NCBI GenBank assembly: GCA_041739675.1 | Contig: JBGSNL010000055.1 | Location: 1 to 13,125 of the forward strand | Source: a bacterium | Lineage (GTDB): Bacteria; UBA10199; 2-02-FULL-44-16; DYJF01 | Reading direction: 5' to 3' | DNA length: 13,125 bases | Notes under the pieces: model-generated | Told to the model about the DNA's origin: nothing | The model's input: only the letters and a program-made list of their open reading frames with translations | Database searches by the model: none | Shown here: one piece after another, positions 5,373 through 13,125 of the stretch | Position numbering within the stretch: the first letter of the stretch is position 1 | How the letters are laid out: each line of letters begins with the position of its first letter | Position numbers and translations under genes: made by a program

Positions 5373-7625
5373 ATGGGACAGTCATTAGTCATTGTAGAAT
5401 CGCCTGCAAAGGCCAAGACCATCAAGAAATATCTGGGTCGCGGCTATCAGGTCTTGGCTTCTGTGGGGCACATCAAGGACCTGCCTCAGAAGGAGCTGGG
5501 CGTCGATATCAAGAAAAATTTCGAGCCCACGTACGTCATCATCAAGGGAAAACAGAAGGTCCTAAAGAAGATAATAGACACGGCGGCGAAGGTTGACGAT
5601 GTCTATCTCGCCCCCGACCCCGACCGAGAAGGGGAGGCGATTGCCTGGCACATCGGCGAGGAGATCGCCAAAAAATCCAAGAAAAAGAAGATCCACCGGA
5701 TACTCTTCAACGAGATCACTGAAAGCGCCATCAAGGAAGCGATCAAACATCCGCAATCGCTGGACAAAAACCTATTCGATGCGCAACAGGCCAGACGCGT
5801 GCTCGACCGCCTCGTGGGTTATCAGATAAGCCCCATACTTTGGAAGAAGGTGAGGCGCGGGCTTTCGGCGGGGCGTGTTCAGTCGGTCGCGGTGCGCATT
5901 GTCTGCGAACGCGATGCTGAAATAGCGGCGTTTGTCGCAAAAGAATACTGGTCTATCGTCGCGCATCTTTCGGGATCGAAAGAACCGGTATTCGAAGCGA
6001 AGCTTTCCAAGTTCAAAGGCGAGAATATTGAAATACCAAATGAGAAAGCGGCGAAAGATATCGCGCACGAGCTCGATAAGTCGCAGTTCATACTTGAGAA
6101 GATAACAAGAAGCGAGCGCAAGAGAAACCCCACGCCGCCGTTTATCACGAGCAAACTCCAGCAGGAGGCTGCGCGCAAACTGGGCTTCACGGCAAGAAAG
6201 ACGATGGCCCTGGCCCAGCAGCTCTATGAAGGTGTTGAACTGGGGGATGCGGGTCTTGTAGGTCTCATCACCTACATGAGAACCGACTCGCCGCGTGTTT
6301 CAGACACGGCGCTGGGTGCGGTCCGCTCCTATATCACGGAAAGGTTTGGGAAAGAGTATGTGCCCGCCGAGCCCAACCAGTACAAGAGCAAACGCAGCGC
6401 GCAGGATGCCCACGAGGCAGTTCGCCCCACGTCGCTTTCCTATCCGCCCGAGGCGGTCGAGAAGTATCTGGAAAAAGACGCGCTGAGGCTCTACGACCTT
6501 ATCTGGAAGAGATTCGTGGCCTCGCAGATGAACCCTGCGGTTTTCGATCAGACTGCGTTTGATATCAAGGCGGGAAATTATTCTTTCAGGGCCACGGGCC
6601 AGATCATGCGCTTCCCCGGATTCATTGCGGTCTACATGGAAGGTGTGGACGAAGAGCTGGCAAAAGACGAGGAAGAGAACCCGACCCTCCCCGAATTGAA
6701 AGAGGGCGAGATACTTCAAATGCTGGGGCTCGATCCCAATCAGCACTTCACGCAGCCGCCGCCGCGCTTTACTGAGGCGTCGCTGGTCAAGGAACTTGAA
6801 GAGCGCGGGATCGGCAGGCCATCGACGTACGCCGCGATCCTCTCTACGATCCAGGAGAAGGATTATGTGAAGAAGATTGAGGGACGTTTCTTCCCGACCG
6901 ACCTTGGAAAACTTGTGAACGATCTTCTGGTCGGGAGTTTTCCGGAAATCATGGATATCGGATTCACGGCGCAGATGGAGGGGGAGTTAGACGACGTTGA
7001 AGATGGAAAGCGCACGTGGGTAGCGACATTGAAAGATTTCTACGGCCCGTTCGAAAAGGCGCTCAAAAAAGCCGCCACACAGATGCGCGACGTGAAAAAA
7101 CAGCAGGTCATGACCGAACACACCTGCGAGAAATGCGGCAGTCCCATGGTGATCAAGTGGGGCCGCCACGGCGAATTTCTCGCGTGCTCCAAATATCCCG
7201 AGTGCAAGACGACACGCGAATTCAAAAGAACGGATGAAGGGCAGATCAAACTTGCCGAGCAGAAGACCACGGATGAGAAATGTGAAAAGTGCGGCAGCCC
7301 CATGGTCGTCAAGCGCGGCCGGTTCGGCGAATTTCTGGCGTGTTCGCGCTATCCTGAATGCAAGACGACGAAATCGATCGGCGTGGGCGTCAATTGCCCC
7401 GATTGCGGAGCGGAACTTGTCGCGCGCCGTTCGGGCAGGGGCAAGACCTTCTACGGCTGCTCCAAATATCCGAAATGCAAGTTCGCCCTCTGGAACAAAC
7501 CGGTTCCGGGCCCATGCCCAAAGTGCGGATATGCCCTCCTCACCGAGAAATATATGAAAAAGACCAACGAGGTGATCATCGCATGCCCGCAGAAGGAGTG
7601 CGGTTACACCGCCCCCAAATCGTGA
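5373..7625 (+). CDS. topA: DNA topoisomerase I (750 aa) with C-terminal C4 zinc ribbons
   Basis: LVIVESPAKAKTI, DPDREGEAIAWH, SAGRVQS, catalytic LITYMRTDS, GIGRPSTYA; four C4-type modules at the C-terminus. Confidence 0.99.
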   Translation: MGQSLVIVESPAKAKTIKKYLGRGYQVLASVGHIKDLPQKELGVDIKKNFEPTYVIIKGKQKVLKKIIDTAAKVDDVYLAPDPDREGEAIAWHIGEEIAKKSKKKKIHRILFNEITESAIKEAIKHPQSLDKNLFDAQQARRVLDRLVGYQISPILWKKVRRGLSAGRVQSVAVRIVCERDAEIAAFVAKEYWSIVAHLSGSKEPVFEAKLSKFKGENIEIPNEKAAKDIAHELDKSQFILEKITRSERKRNPTPPFITSKLQQEAARKLGFTARKTMALAQQLYEGVELGDAGLVGLITYMRTDSPRVSDTALGAVRSYITERFGKEYVPAEPNQYKSKRSAQDAHEAVRPTSLSYPPEAVEKYLEKDALRLYDLIWKRFVASQMNPAVFDQTAFDIKAGNYSFRATGQIMRFPGFIAVYMEGVDEELAKDEEENPTLPELKEGEILQMLGLDPNQHFTQPPPRFTEASLVKELEERGIGRPSTYAAILSTIQEKDYVKKIEGRFFPTDLGKLVNDLLVGSFPEIMDIGFTAQMEGELDDVEDGKRTWVATLKDFYGPFEKALKKAATQMRDVKKQQVMTEHTCEKCGSPMVIKWGRHGEFLACSKYPECKTTREFKRTDEGQIKLAEQKTTDEKCEKCGSPMVVKRGRFGEFLACSRYPECKTTKSIGVGVNCPDCGAELVARRSGRGKTFYGCSKYPKCKFALWNKPVPGPCPKCGYALLTEKYMKKTNEVIIACPQKECGYTAPKS
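7125..7369 (+). repeat. Intragenic duplicated zinc-ribbon unit in topA (7125-7213 and 7281-7369)
   Basis: CEKCGSPMVIKWGRHGEFLACSKYPECKTT versus CEKCGSPMVVKRGRFGEFLACSRYPECKTT, 156 nt apart, with mostly synonymous DNA differences. Confidence 0.9.
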
Positions 7626-7646
7626 TTTTTTGCCGCGCTGCGCCTT

Positions 7647-7659
7647 TAAATCCCTGATT
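7647..7659 (-). promoter_or_regulatory. Candidate IHF-binding site
   Basis: Minus strand AATCAGGGATTTA matches WATCARnnnnTTR within the 100-bp intergenic gap after topA. Confidence 0.3.
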
Positions 7660-7725
7660 TTCCGCATTAAATAAGTCCAAAGAAACCAAGCAACATTTTC
7701 GTCAAACGGTCGAAAAGGTCTTGAG

Positions 7726-10644
7726 ATGAAACGTCCCTTATCATCCATGGTCGTGGCCCTCTTTGCGATCTTCGCGGCGGGTGCTGCATTGGCGTCCGAG
7801 TGCGTCGTGGCCGGAGGTGTCGATTCATTTGCCCAGGCGTTGAGTCAGGCTTCAAGCGGGGGCTGCGTCACCGATTCCGCGACCTACCGGAACCTGTACA
7901 ATGAATTTTTTCCGGGCGTCACGGAGTTTCAGGTGATTAAGTGGACCGCCTCCGATGAGGTTGCGCTGACTGGCGATATTGGCACGATAAGAGGCGGAGA
8001 CAAACCCCTTGTCATAATTGCAGGTCCGGATGCGGCGGTGAAACTCGCGGGCGCGCGCGGCCTCACGCTTGCGGGCGGCGCGGTCATCATAGATCACCTG
8101 ACAATTGAAGGCTCGGAAGGCAACGGAATCTCGATGCAGGGGGAAAAGGGTCTGGTGATCAGATCCCGGATTATCTCCAGCAAAGAGAACGGTATCATCG
8201 TAACGGGAAAGAACAATCGGATCGTTGGAAGCGAAATCGCGTCGAACGGTCTTAACGGTATATTGATAGGCGGAACAGTTTCTTCATGTGGATCGGCATC
8301 GCAGGCGGGCGCGGGAACGACTGTCGCAGGCTCTTACGTGCATGACAACGGGAACTTTGTTTCGGGCACAAGCTGCGCTGACACGGCCTCTGCGGCATCA
8401 ATCGGTTCATGCAATTCTTTGAAACTGGAAGCCGAAAGATGTTTCGAACTGCTGAAAGAGGAACCTCCTTGCGAGGAGCCTTCGATTCCGCCAGACGATT
8501 CATGCGGCCGCAACTGGAACGCGAGAAACAGGTGCGCCGATCTCTGGTCGAAGGCGGCCGTCGGCCCCGATGCGTCGCAGGAAAATGCTGTGGCCGCAGT
8601 CTACGCCGCCTTTCCCGGAGCGCAAGGCGGGTCGGGCATCGTAGTAGATGCGCGCGGCGCAAAAATCACATCATGGGAGCCAGCATCCGATTCCGGGCCG
8701 GCACTTTTTATAAACCGCATACATAAAAACCGCTCGAGGGGAATTTATGTGAACACGTTTGCCCCCGCGGCGATCTGCCAGGAGCCCTCGGACACTTTCG
8801 ATCTGAATCTGCTTCAGACGGCGTTTGTTTCTGAAACGCCGGTCGACGATCTCTTCGTGAGCCGTTTTCCTCTTCCGACGATTTCGCAGCTCTCGGCCAC
8901 AGAGGGGGCGGGCGGTATATCGGTCACCGGCAACGTGATCTTGAGACCTGAGCTGTGGTACCTGTGGAACGGCCGCACTGCAAACGTATCGGCTTTTCGC
9001 GCGGATGTTTTCTTGAAGAGCGGGGACGAGGAAGTCTTTGCGGGTTCCGCACCTCTCGATTCGTCCGGCAGATTCGTCGTACATGTCACAACTTCGGTTT
9101 CGAATCCGACGTTCACCGCGGCCGTGGTCGATACGGAGCGCGGTAATACTTCTCCATTCGCGGGTGGACATTCGGCGTCGCCAACAGGGGATGATGACGG
9201 TGATGGCCTTTCAAACGATGATGAAGATTCAAATCACAACGGCGCTGTCGATTCGGGAGAAACAGATCCCATCAATCCCGACAGCGACGGTGACGGAGTC
9301 TTGGACGGCGATGAGAAGACCGGGAAACTCGATCCGTTGAATGCGGATTCCGACGGCGATTGTTTGCCAGACGGTCTGGAGCTTGGTGTTTCAAAAGAGG
9401 AAGCACTAAGTCTCATCGCAAAAAGCCCGGCGAAACCCCGTCTTGCAATTCCAGCGCAATGCCAGGCGATTCTTTCCGCTCACACGGTGTCCATTCTGGA
9501 CAATGCGATCAAATACGATGAGACGAAGCCGGCGACATACGACAATGTCTCAATGCTCTACGATACCGATCCTTCCTCTGTTTCGGATCCTGCGTTGAAT
9601 GACACCGACGCGGACGGGATGAAAGACGGCCAAGAGGATTTCAATTTCAACGGCAATGACGACGTAATCGATAACGGTGACGGGACCACGACGTTGAAAG
9701 AGACCGATCCCTCGCTCTCCGATTCTGACGGGGACGGTATCCCTGACGGAGAAGAAGGGGATAAAGACAGCAACGGCAAGATCGGCCCCAACGAAAGCGA
9801 CCCCGTTCTTCCCGACACGGACGGCGACGGCGTGAATGACGGCCAGGAAGAGAGACAGGGGACATATCCCAACGCATGCGATTCCGACGAAGACGGTCTC
9901 TCCGACGGCGTTGAAGTGGGCGCCATAAGACCCGCATCCGCAGGCTCCTCGTGCCATGGTCTGGAGGCGGCGGGAACAAATTATAAGAACCGGTACGCTA
10001 TGGACCCCTTGAACCCCGATGCCGACGGCGACGGGCTTATGGACGGCGTGGAGGATGCGAACGGAAACGGATGGATAGAGGCGGGCGAGAGCGACCCGTC
10101 CGATCCCGATACCGACCGCGACGGTCTGCAAGATGGTGTCGAGGCGCGCGGAGATTTTGACGGCGACGGCGTCCCCGATTTCGATGTGAATCTCATCACG
10201 GCGGGGCCGAAGTGTTCGCCCCCGCCCGATATAAATGATGTGGACTGCGACGCCGTACTCAACGCAGCTGACGTGGATTCGGACGACGACGGTTGCCCCG
10301 ACGCTCAGGAAGGGGGCTGGCTCGACTCAAACGCGAACGGTATCCCAGACGTCTATGATAACGAGGCCAAGGGGTGTACCTCCAGCGGCGGTGGGACGGG
10401 AGGCATCACCGGCGGCTCCACGGCCTCCGAAAGCCCTGATGAGGGCGGCCAGAACTTTGAAACGCCGGCGTGGCTCACCGACCGGAGCGGCGGCGGGGCA
10501 TGCTCTCTTATCGAAGATAGCCCCCCTCAATATTATACGACTATAATTCTGTTGATTTGTGTCTGCCTTTTGGTAGCATTCCGCCGCATTTTTTCCGGGG
10601 GCGGATATGAAAGAACGAATCGCAGAGTTTTCCTCTTATCTTGA
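7726..10644 (+). CDS. Large secreted, surface-anchored protein (972 aa): signal peptide, right-handed beta-helix, Ig-like domain, thrombospondin-type-3-like Ca-binding repeats, C-terminal sorting signal
   Basis: Signal MKRPLSS...AALA; coils such as GNGISMQG, ENGIIVTG, LNGILIGG, SRGIYV; TFTAAVVDTERGNTSPF beta-sandwich end; about 18 Dx[DN]x[DN]G-like motifs at 9190-10360; Gly/Ser/Thr linker; GGGACSL...TIILLICVCLLVAFRR. Confidence 0.85.
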   Translation: MKRPLSSMVVALFAIFAAGAALASECVVAGGVDSFAQALSQASSGGCVTDSATYRNLYNEFFPGVTEFQVIKWTASDEVALTGDIGTIRGGDKPLVIIAGPDAAVKLAGARGLTLAGGAVIIDHLTIEGSEGNGISMQGEKGLVIRSRIISSKENGIIVTGKNNRIVGSEIASNGLNGILIGGTVSSCGSASQAGAGTTVAGSYVHDNGNFVSGTSCADTASAASIGSCNSLKLEAERCFELLKEEPPCEEPSIPPDDSCGRNWNARNRCADLWSKAAVGPDASQENAVAAVYAAFPGAQGGSGIVVDARGAKITSWEPASDSGPALFINRIHKNRSRGIYVNTFAPAAICQEPSDTFDLNLLQTAFVSETPVDDLFVSRFPLPTISQLSATEGAGGISVTGNVILRPELWYLWNGRTANVSAFRADVFLKSGDEEVFAGSAPLDSSGRFVVHVTTSVSNPTFTAAVVDTERGNTSPFAGGHSASPTGDDDGDGLSNDDEDSNHNGAVDSGETDPINPDSDGDGVLDGDEKTGKLDPLNADSDGDCLPDGLELGVSKEEALSLIAKSPAKPRLAIPAQCQAILSAHTVSILDNAIKYDETKPATYDNVSMLYDTDPSSVSDPALNDTDADGMKDGQEDFNFNGNDDVIDNGDGTTTLKETDPSLSDSDGDGIPDGEEGDKDSNGKIGPNESDPVLPDTDGDGVNDGQEERQGTYPNACDSDEDGLSDGVEVGAIRPASAGSSCHGLEAAGTNYKNRYAMDPLNPDADGDGLMDGVEDANGNGWIEAGESDPSDPDTDRDGLQDGVEARGDFDGDGVPDFDVNLITAGPKCSPPPDINDVDCDAVLNAADVDSDDDGCPDAQEGGWLDSNANGIPDVYDNEAKGCTSSGGGTGGITGGSTASESPDEGGQNFETPAWLTDRSGGGACSLIEDSPPQYYTTIILLICVCLLVAFRRIFSGGGYERTNRRVFLLS

Positions 10645-11494
10645 GACCGAGAAACGATCCTCGGCACACACCGTAAAGAATTACATAGTCGATCTCACGC
10701 AGTTTGCGGAGTTCGTAAAGACGCGCGCCAAGTCCAAAAACATCGCCGATCTGGATCATGGGGTGGTGAGAGAGTATCTGGGCACGCTATTCGGCAAAAA
10801 AAATCCCACGTCGATCGCAAGAAAACTCTCGAGCCTTCGAAGTTTTTTTGATTTTTGCATCAAGAGGGGAATCGTCAAGAATAATCCCGCAAAGGAAGTG
10901 CCGGCCCCAAAGGTTCCCAAAAGAGTGCCCAAATTTTTGACAGTCGATGAGGTCTTTTTGCTTCTCGATTCGCCTGATACCAGCGCAGCCCTGGGGCGCA
11001 GGGACAAGGCGATTCTTGAGCTGCTGTACGCATCGGGTCTTCGTGTGAGCGAGCTTGTCGGTTTGAACAGCGGCGATCTGAGCCTCACTGAACAGACGGT
11101 AAGGGTTCTGGGAAAGGGGCGCAAAGAGCGGATCGTCCCCGTGGGAAAGAAGGCCTGCGATTCGCTTGGCGGCTATCTTGAGCTCCGTTCCGCGCTTGTC
11201 TCGGAGGCGAAAGACAGCGGCGCAATCTTCGTCAATCGCAACGGGACGCGCCTCTCCACGCGCGCGGTCGAAAGATTGCTTCTCAAATATATCAAACAGA
11301 GTGGAATTCAGAAGGCGGCGACCCCCCACGTTCTTCGCCACACGTTCGCTACCCATCTTCTGAATGCGGGCGCGGACATGAGGGGAATTCAGGAGCTTCT
11401 GGGCCACTCAAGTCTTTCGACGACGCAGAAATACACGCACGTTGGAATTGAAAAGATGATGGAGGTCTACGACAAGGCGCACCCCAAGGCATAA
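10607..11494 (+). CDS. xerC: Tyrosine recombinase XerC (295 aa)
   Basis: N-terminal SAM-like domain ([12 protein letters not shown]); catalytic set [29 protein letters not shown]; canonical position upstream of hslVU. Confidence 0.95.
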   Translation: MKERIAEFSSYLETEKRSSAHTVKNYIVDLTQFAEFVKTRAKSKNIADLDHGVVREYLGTLFGKKNPTSIARKLSSLRSFFDFCIKRGIVKNNPAKEVPAPKVPKRVPKFLTVDEVFLLLDSPDTSAALGRRDKAILELLYASGLRVSELVGLNSGDLSLTEQTVRVLGKGRKERIVPVGKKACDSLGGYLELRSALVSEAKDSGAIFVNRNGTRLSTRAVERLLLKYIKQSGIQKAATPHVLRHTFATHLLNAGADMRGIQELLGHSSLSTTQKYTHVGIEKMMEVYDKAHPKA

Positions 11495-11504
11495 GGAGAC
11501 GACT

Positions 11505-12035
11505 ATGTTCAGTGCAACGACAATACTATGTGTGAGGAGAAATAAAGAGGTCGCAATCGCCGGCGACGGCCAGGTGAGTTTTGGCAATACGGTCATCAAG
11601 AGCACGGCCAACAAGGTGCGAACTATGGGCGGCAGCAAGGTGCTCGCCGGTTTTGCCGGCTCTTCGGCGGACGCCTTTACGCTGTTTGAAAAATTCGAGG
11701 CGAAGCTTGAGGCGCATCGCGGCAATCTCACGCGCGCCGCGGTAGAGCTGGGAAAAGACTGGCGCACCGACCGTATCCTGCGTCGCCTTGAGGCGATGAT
11801 GATAGTAGCAGACAGTGAAAAGACCTTTACAATTTCGGGAACGGGAGACGTTTTGGAACCAGACGACGACGTCGCGGCTATAGGTTCCGGCGGGCCGTAC
11901 GCGTTGGCTGCTGCGAAATCTCTGATGCGCCACACTAAATTATCTGCGCAAAAAATCGTTGAAGAGGCGATGAAAGTCGCCGCCGAGATCTGCGTTTTCA
12001 CCAACGACAAGATAAATATCGAGGAACTGAAATAA
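11505..12035 (+). CDS. hslV: ATP-dependent protease peptidase subunit HslV
   Basis: ATTIL (N-terminal Thr nucleophile), [51 protein letters not shown]. Confidence 0.99.
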   Translation: MFSATTILCVRRNKEVAIAGDGQVSFGNTVIKSTANKVRTMGGSKVLAGFAGSSADAFTLFEKFEAKLEAHRGNLTRAAVELGKDWRTDRILRRLEAMMIVADSEKTFTISGTGDVLEPDDDVAAIGSGGPYALAAAKSLMRHTKLSAQKIVEEAMKVAAEICVFTNDKINIEELK

Positions 12036-13125
12036 TGACTGCAAATTTTACACCGCGGGAAATTGTCTCCGAGCTTGACCGCTTCATAATAGGTCAGGAT
12101 AAGGCCAAAAAGTCCGTGGCCATAGCGCTGAGGAACCGCTGGCGCCGCCAGCAGGTGGCGCCTCCACTTCGCGACGAGATCGTCCCGAAGAACATAATAA
12201 TGATAGGGCCGACGGGCGTAGGCAAGACTGAAATAGCAAGACGCTTGGCCCGCCTTGCACAGGCGCCGTTCATAAAAGTGGAGGCGTCAAAGTTCACGGA
12301 AGTGGGCTATGTGGGCAAGGACGTCGAATCGATAATCCGCGAGTTGACCGATCTCGCCGTGAAGATGGTCCGCGAGGAAGAGGGAAAACGCGTTCAGGTG
12401 AGGGCGCAGGAAATAGCCGAGGAAAAGCTTCTCGATCTCATCATGCCCAAGATGGAAAAAGAGATCACCGACGCAAAGGATGCGGACGACGCGCGCGATA
12501 AATTGCGAAAACTTTTTCGCGACGGGAAGCTGGACAGCAAGATGGTCGACATTCAGGCCCAGCCGCCGAAACCGCAAATGCCCTCGATAGAAGTCGTTGC
12601 CGCGACGAGTCTTGAGGAGATGGGTGCGAACATCCGCGATATTTTTTCAAGCTTCATGCCCAAGGGGCCGAAGAAGAAACGCGTGAAGGTCCCGGAGGCG
12701 TTTGAGATGTTTGTGGCGGATGAGGCGTCGCGTCTGATCGATATGGAGTCAGTGATCCAGCAGGCGATTGAGCGCGTCGAGCAGAACGGAATCGTTTTCT
12801 TAGATGAAATCGACAAGATCGCCTCACGATCCGGCGAGGGGCGTTACGGTCCGGACGTTTCGCGAGAAGGCGTGCAGCGCGACATTCTCCCCATTGTTGA
12901 AGGCTCAACAGTCACGACGAAACACGGTATGGTGAAGACCGATCATATTCTTTTTATTGCGGCGGGTGCATTTCACGCGACAAAACCGTCCGATCTCATC
13001 CCCGAACTACAGGGCCGTTTTCCGATCCGCGTGGAGCTCGATTCTCTGGGAAAAGATGAATTTTACAGGATACTCACGGAACCCGACAACTCCCTCACGA
13101 AACAGTATCTCTCCATGATGAAGAC
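12035..13125 (+). CDS. hslU: ATP-dependent protease ATPase subunit HslU (3' end beyond the window)
   Basis: Translated by hand from the TAATG overlap: [29 protein letters not shown], Walker [18 protein letters not shown], Walker [32 protein letters not shown]. Confidence 0.99.
   Translation, partial: MTANFTPREIVSELDRFIIGQDKAKKSVAIALRNRWRRQQVAPPLRDEIVPKNIIMIGPTGVGKTEIARRLARLAQAPFIKVEASKFTEVGYVGKDVESIIRELTDLAVKMVREEEGKRVQVRAQEIAEEKLLDLIMPKMEKEITDAKDADDARDKLRKLFRDGKLDSKMVDIQAQPPKPQMPSIEVVAATSLEEMGANIRDIFSSFMPKGPKKKRVKVPEAFEMFVADEASRLIDMESVIQQAIERVEQNGIVFLDEIDKIASRSGEGRYGPDVSREGVQRDILPIVEGSTVTTKHGMVKTDHILFIAAGAFHATKPSDLIPELQGRFPIRVELDSLGKDEFYRILTEPDNSLTKQYLSMMK

Noticed and set aside
7506..7514. 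CCGGGCCCA identical to the tRNA 3' end (3330-3338), a possible att site
   Set aside because: Only 9 bp, GC-rich, inside the topA coding sequence, and it would bracket housekeeping genes.
10147..10155. RGD motif within the Ca-binding repeats
   Set aside because: Expected by chance in a GD-rich sequence; the Asp begins a DxDxDG loop.
10607..11494. Tyrosine recombinase as the integrase of a mobile island carrying the large gene
   Set aside because: Size, motifs and hslVU linkage fit chromosomal XerC; I saw no att or dif-like site.
581..12908. Numerous minus-strand and alternate-frame ORFs (e.g. 3242..3874, 4042..4671, 6987..7748, 10787..11407, 11408..12010)
   Set aside because: Shadow ORFs of well-supported + strand genes with no recognisable motifs.

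Overview
Bacterial chromosomal backbone with all genes on the + strand; gene content and order suggest a deltaproteobacterium-like lineage (inference). Order: two fold-back (inverted-repeat) elements (1-394), surE, pcm, LysM/M23 lipoprotein, apt, tRNA-Arg(CCT), a papain-fold C39-like protein, ihfB-like, dprA, topA, a 972-aa secreted beta-helix/Ca-binding-repeat protein with a Gly-Gly-Gly-Ala-Cys/TM/Arg-Arg C-terminal sorting signal, xerC, hslV, and hslU (cut by the window end, absent from the ORF track). Three parts are not housekeeping. (i) A highly structured ~400-bp non-coding region before surE: a ~247-bp TA-bounded fold-back with a perfect 30-bp inverted repeat, plus a separate three-way-junction element. 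(ii) An orphan Cys-His-Asp enzyme starting 8 nt after the tRNA. (iii) A large surface protein in the topA-xerC slot where trmFO often lies. I see no complete novel multi-gene system, CRISPR array, transposase or prophage.
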